Below, piece after piece: positions 61,033-64,000 of a stretch of 64,000 nucleotides of DNA. This DNA comes from the human T2T-CHM13v2.0 reference genome, Homo sapiens. The notes under the pieces were generated by a model. It had not been told where the DNA came from. It was given only the letters and a program-made list of their open reading frames with translations, and searched no databases. How positions within the stretch are numbered: the stretch's first letter is position 1; each line of letters opens with the position of its first letter. A program made the position numbers and the translations under genes. The stretch lies in the NCBI RefSeq assembly GCF_009914755.1, contig NC_060938.1. One strand, given 5' to 3'.

Positions 61033-61342
61033 TTTTTTTGTTTTGTTTTGTTTTTGTTTGCTTGAGATGGAGGTTTGCTCTGTTGCCCAGGCTGGAGTGC
61101 AGTGCCATGATTGGGCTCACTGCAATCCCCACCTCCCTGGTTCAAGCGATTCTCCTGCCTCAACCTTCCATGTTGTTGGGATTACAGGTGCCTGCCATCA
61201 TGCCCAGCTAATTTTTGTATTTTTAGTAGAATCGGGGTTTCACCACGTTGGCCAGGGTGGTCTCAAACTCCTGACCTCAGGTGATCCGCCCACCTTGACC
61301 TCCCAAAGTACTGGGATTACAGACGTGAGCCACCGTGCCCAG
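61033..61342 (-). mobile_element. Alu (S-type)
   Basis: Full reverse Alu with (TTTTG)n tail. Confidence 0.95.
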
Positions 61343-62552
61343 CTATATCATTTTTTAAACCCCTCACTTATATATAGTATTTGCCCAGTAAATATTCATT
61401 GAGTGAATGTTTTTCACTAATATAAAGTCAGAAAAATGTTCGATCTGCCAGTAAGTAGTTTAGTGTTGATAATTTAGGTTTACCTTGTAAAATTGCTTAG
61501 GTTTATAGAAAAGGAAACACAAAAGATGGAATATAATTTCTATTCAAGATCACATAATTTATATTTCTTAATATCTTCTATTATGTTTATACATTTCAGT
61601 TGTATAAAATAAACAGAAAACTCTTTAGATTTGAATATTACAGATCTTTAAATGGAATTTTTGAAAAATATTTTGGAAAATGCTGTCCTTGCATTTAGGG
61701 AGGGTACCCCACATTTAGAATTGTTCAAAAGTTAAATTCTAGTTATGAAATCCTCCATTTAAAGCAATCTTTGTTTTCTTCAGCTCTTCTCTTTACATTT
61801 AATATAAATTAGTTTTCTGAAATCTAACATTTTAAGCTAAAATTTCAAGAGTCACCTCTTTTTGCCAAATAATACCTTCTTCCTTACACGTAAGCTTAAG
61901 TATCACTATTAATGGAAAAGAAAATGTATGTTTCTAATGCTGCAGTTATGGTGCTTGATTTTGGAGGAAAGTCATTGATTTGGCAAGAAAATTCTACAGC
62001 AATAACTGTCTTTCACTAGATAGTGGACAAAACACTGTCTTTGTGTTCAAGATCAAAATGTTACTGCTTTCCTGATGTAAGTTTCCTCTTTCGTTTTTAA
62101 AGGCATGATCCAATTATTTTGATATGTTGTTAGCAAAGTGGCTTTGGTGTGTCAAGTATAATGCTTAATTGTTTGCATCCTATCAAATGTAATGCCACCA
62201 TTAAATTTTTCCCTTAAGTCACTCAAGTACTCAAGCAGCTAATAAAAAGCCCAATTCTTAGTCTTATTGTAAAAACAGTCCCAGGCAGTTGAATTGGCAA
62301 TCAGTTGTTTCTGTAAATTCCTTCTTTACCAAATAATTTCTTAAGTTCACATATATCTAGTAGAGAGAAGATACAGGAAGCTCCCTGAATTTTCTGAAAG
62401 GCAGGAACCTTAAACTATTCAGGGTGATAAACTACATGGTTCTATGTTATTATATACTATATAATTTATTTTTTTTACTCAATGTATGGTAATGGTCCTG
62501 TTGTGGTCTGGCATCTTCTGGGCACTTACTTCAACTTTAGAACCTAATACTA

Positions 62553-62902
<350 letters not shown>

Positions 62903-62904
62903 AT

Positions 62905-63500
62905 TATCAGTATCATCTGAGAGGTTATTCAAAATGCAAATTTTTAGGCTTATTGAATCAGGGTCTATGGTGGTGGATTCTAAGAATCTGGTTTTAACAA
63001 GCTGTTAAATCAAGTTTAGCCTAAAGCTGCCTCCTTACATAGTTTAAGTTCAGCTTAAAGGCTTCTCTAGACATCGTGAACTGTAACCTAAATGGAATTG
63101 TAAACCCACCGTACCCTACTCTCGTGCCAACCACTGAGTTTTGGCCAATCAAATGTGGCCAACTGCTCAAACCATGTTCAAATAAGGCAAACACCAAGCT
63201 GTAACCAGCTTGGTGGTTACAGTTTCTGTAACTTGGTGGGTACAGTTTCTGACTGTTTCTGTACCTCACTTCTATTTTCTGTATTTAACTTTCCTTTTTC
63301 TGTCTTCCACTATGTGGCTGCGCTGGAGTCTCTGAGCCTACTCTGGCTCAGGAGACTGCCTGATTCACAATTGGTTCTTTGCTCAAGTAACTCCTTTAAA
63401 TTTAATTTGGATAAAGGTTTTTTTGTTTGTTTGTTTGTTTGTTTTTTTAACAAAGCTCTTTGGGTGATTTTGATGTATGCTTAAGTTTGAGAATCTTTGC
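62905..63500. mobile_element. MER5A-like hAT DNA transposon relic, split by MER57
   Basis: ATCAGTATCATCTG...TGAATCAGGGTCTATGG...AAGAATCTGGTTTTAACAAGC | TCTTTGGGTGATTTTGATG...AAGTTTGAGAA. Confidence 0.7.
63003..63452 (+). mobile_element. MER57-type ERV1 solo LTR
   Basis: TGTTAAATCAAGTTTAGCCTAAAGCTGCCTCCTTACAT...TTTAACA; 4-bp TSD AAGC. Confidence 0.88.
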
Positions 63501-63642
63501 AGCATTCCCCACCCCTTATTCTAGCAAAGGGTTTGATGGTTATGTTTATGGAAAATTGGTTTGTAGGCCCAGATATCCAGATGTTCCTATTGTTTCAGAA
63601 TCTCAAACTTGAGTGACCATGGAATTATGTAAATAGAGGACT

Positions 63643-63945
63643 TGTCTTAGTCTGTTTTGTGTTGCTCTAACAAAATACCAGAGACTGGGTAATTTATAAA
63701 GAAAAAAAAATTATTTTCTTATAGTTCTGGAGGCTGGGAAGTCCAAGATCAAGGTGCTGGCAGGTTCCATGTCTCGTGAGGGCTGCTCTCTGCTTCCAGG
63801 ATGGCACATTGATGCTTCATCCTCTGGAGAAAAGGAACATTGTGTCCTCACGTGGTGGAATGTGGAAGGGCAATAAAAGACAAACTCCCTCCAAGCCCTT
63901 TTATAGGAGCCTTATGTATTCATTCATAAGGGCGGAGTAACTCAA
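63643..63945 (-). mobile_element. MST/MLT1A-type MaLR LTR fragment
   Basis: TGTCTTAGTCTGTTTTGTGTTGCT...ACTGGGTAATTTATAAAG...GTTCTGGAGGCTGGGAAGTCCAAGATCAAGG. Confidence 0.85.
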
Positions 63946-64000
63946 GGGTTTTTCTTTAAGGGCTTTCTACTTTTGCCATCCATCTATGATGCCTTTGCAA

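Overview
This is mammalian DNA, almost certainly hominoid primate (human-like): it carries many Alus, a young L1PA2/3-type element and primate-type ERVs. Most of the 64 kb is interspersed repeat. I found no supportable host protein-coding exon, RNA gene or CRISPR array. Main contents: (1) an old minus-strand L1 with its 5' end and a ~79-bp tandem array (1-5956); (2) a full THE1 MaLR element with non-matching LTRs and two internal rearrangements (20213-23095); (3) a four-level nest of MER31/34-like LTR > L1PA15/16 > MER4A1 provirus > LTR3 solo LTR and Alus (29928-42497), with readable target-site duplications (TSDs); (4) a 5'-truncated L1PA2/3 with intact ORF1 and broken ORF2 (44295-49465); (5) an internally deleted HERV-S (LTR18/HERVL18-type) provirus with a tRNA-Ser PBS and an env TM subunit that is still open (51439-57266); (6) a multi-template insertion that splits an Alu (59373-59984). 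I do not see a clearly new biological system. The best leads are the open HERV-S env TM frame, the promoterless intact L1 ORF1 downstream of a co-oriented LTR, and several template-switch repair scars. Subfamily names come from my recall of consensus sequences and need RepeatMasker/Dfam confirmation. Boundaries of old elements are approximate.
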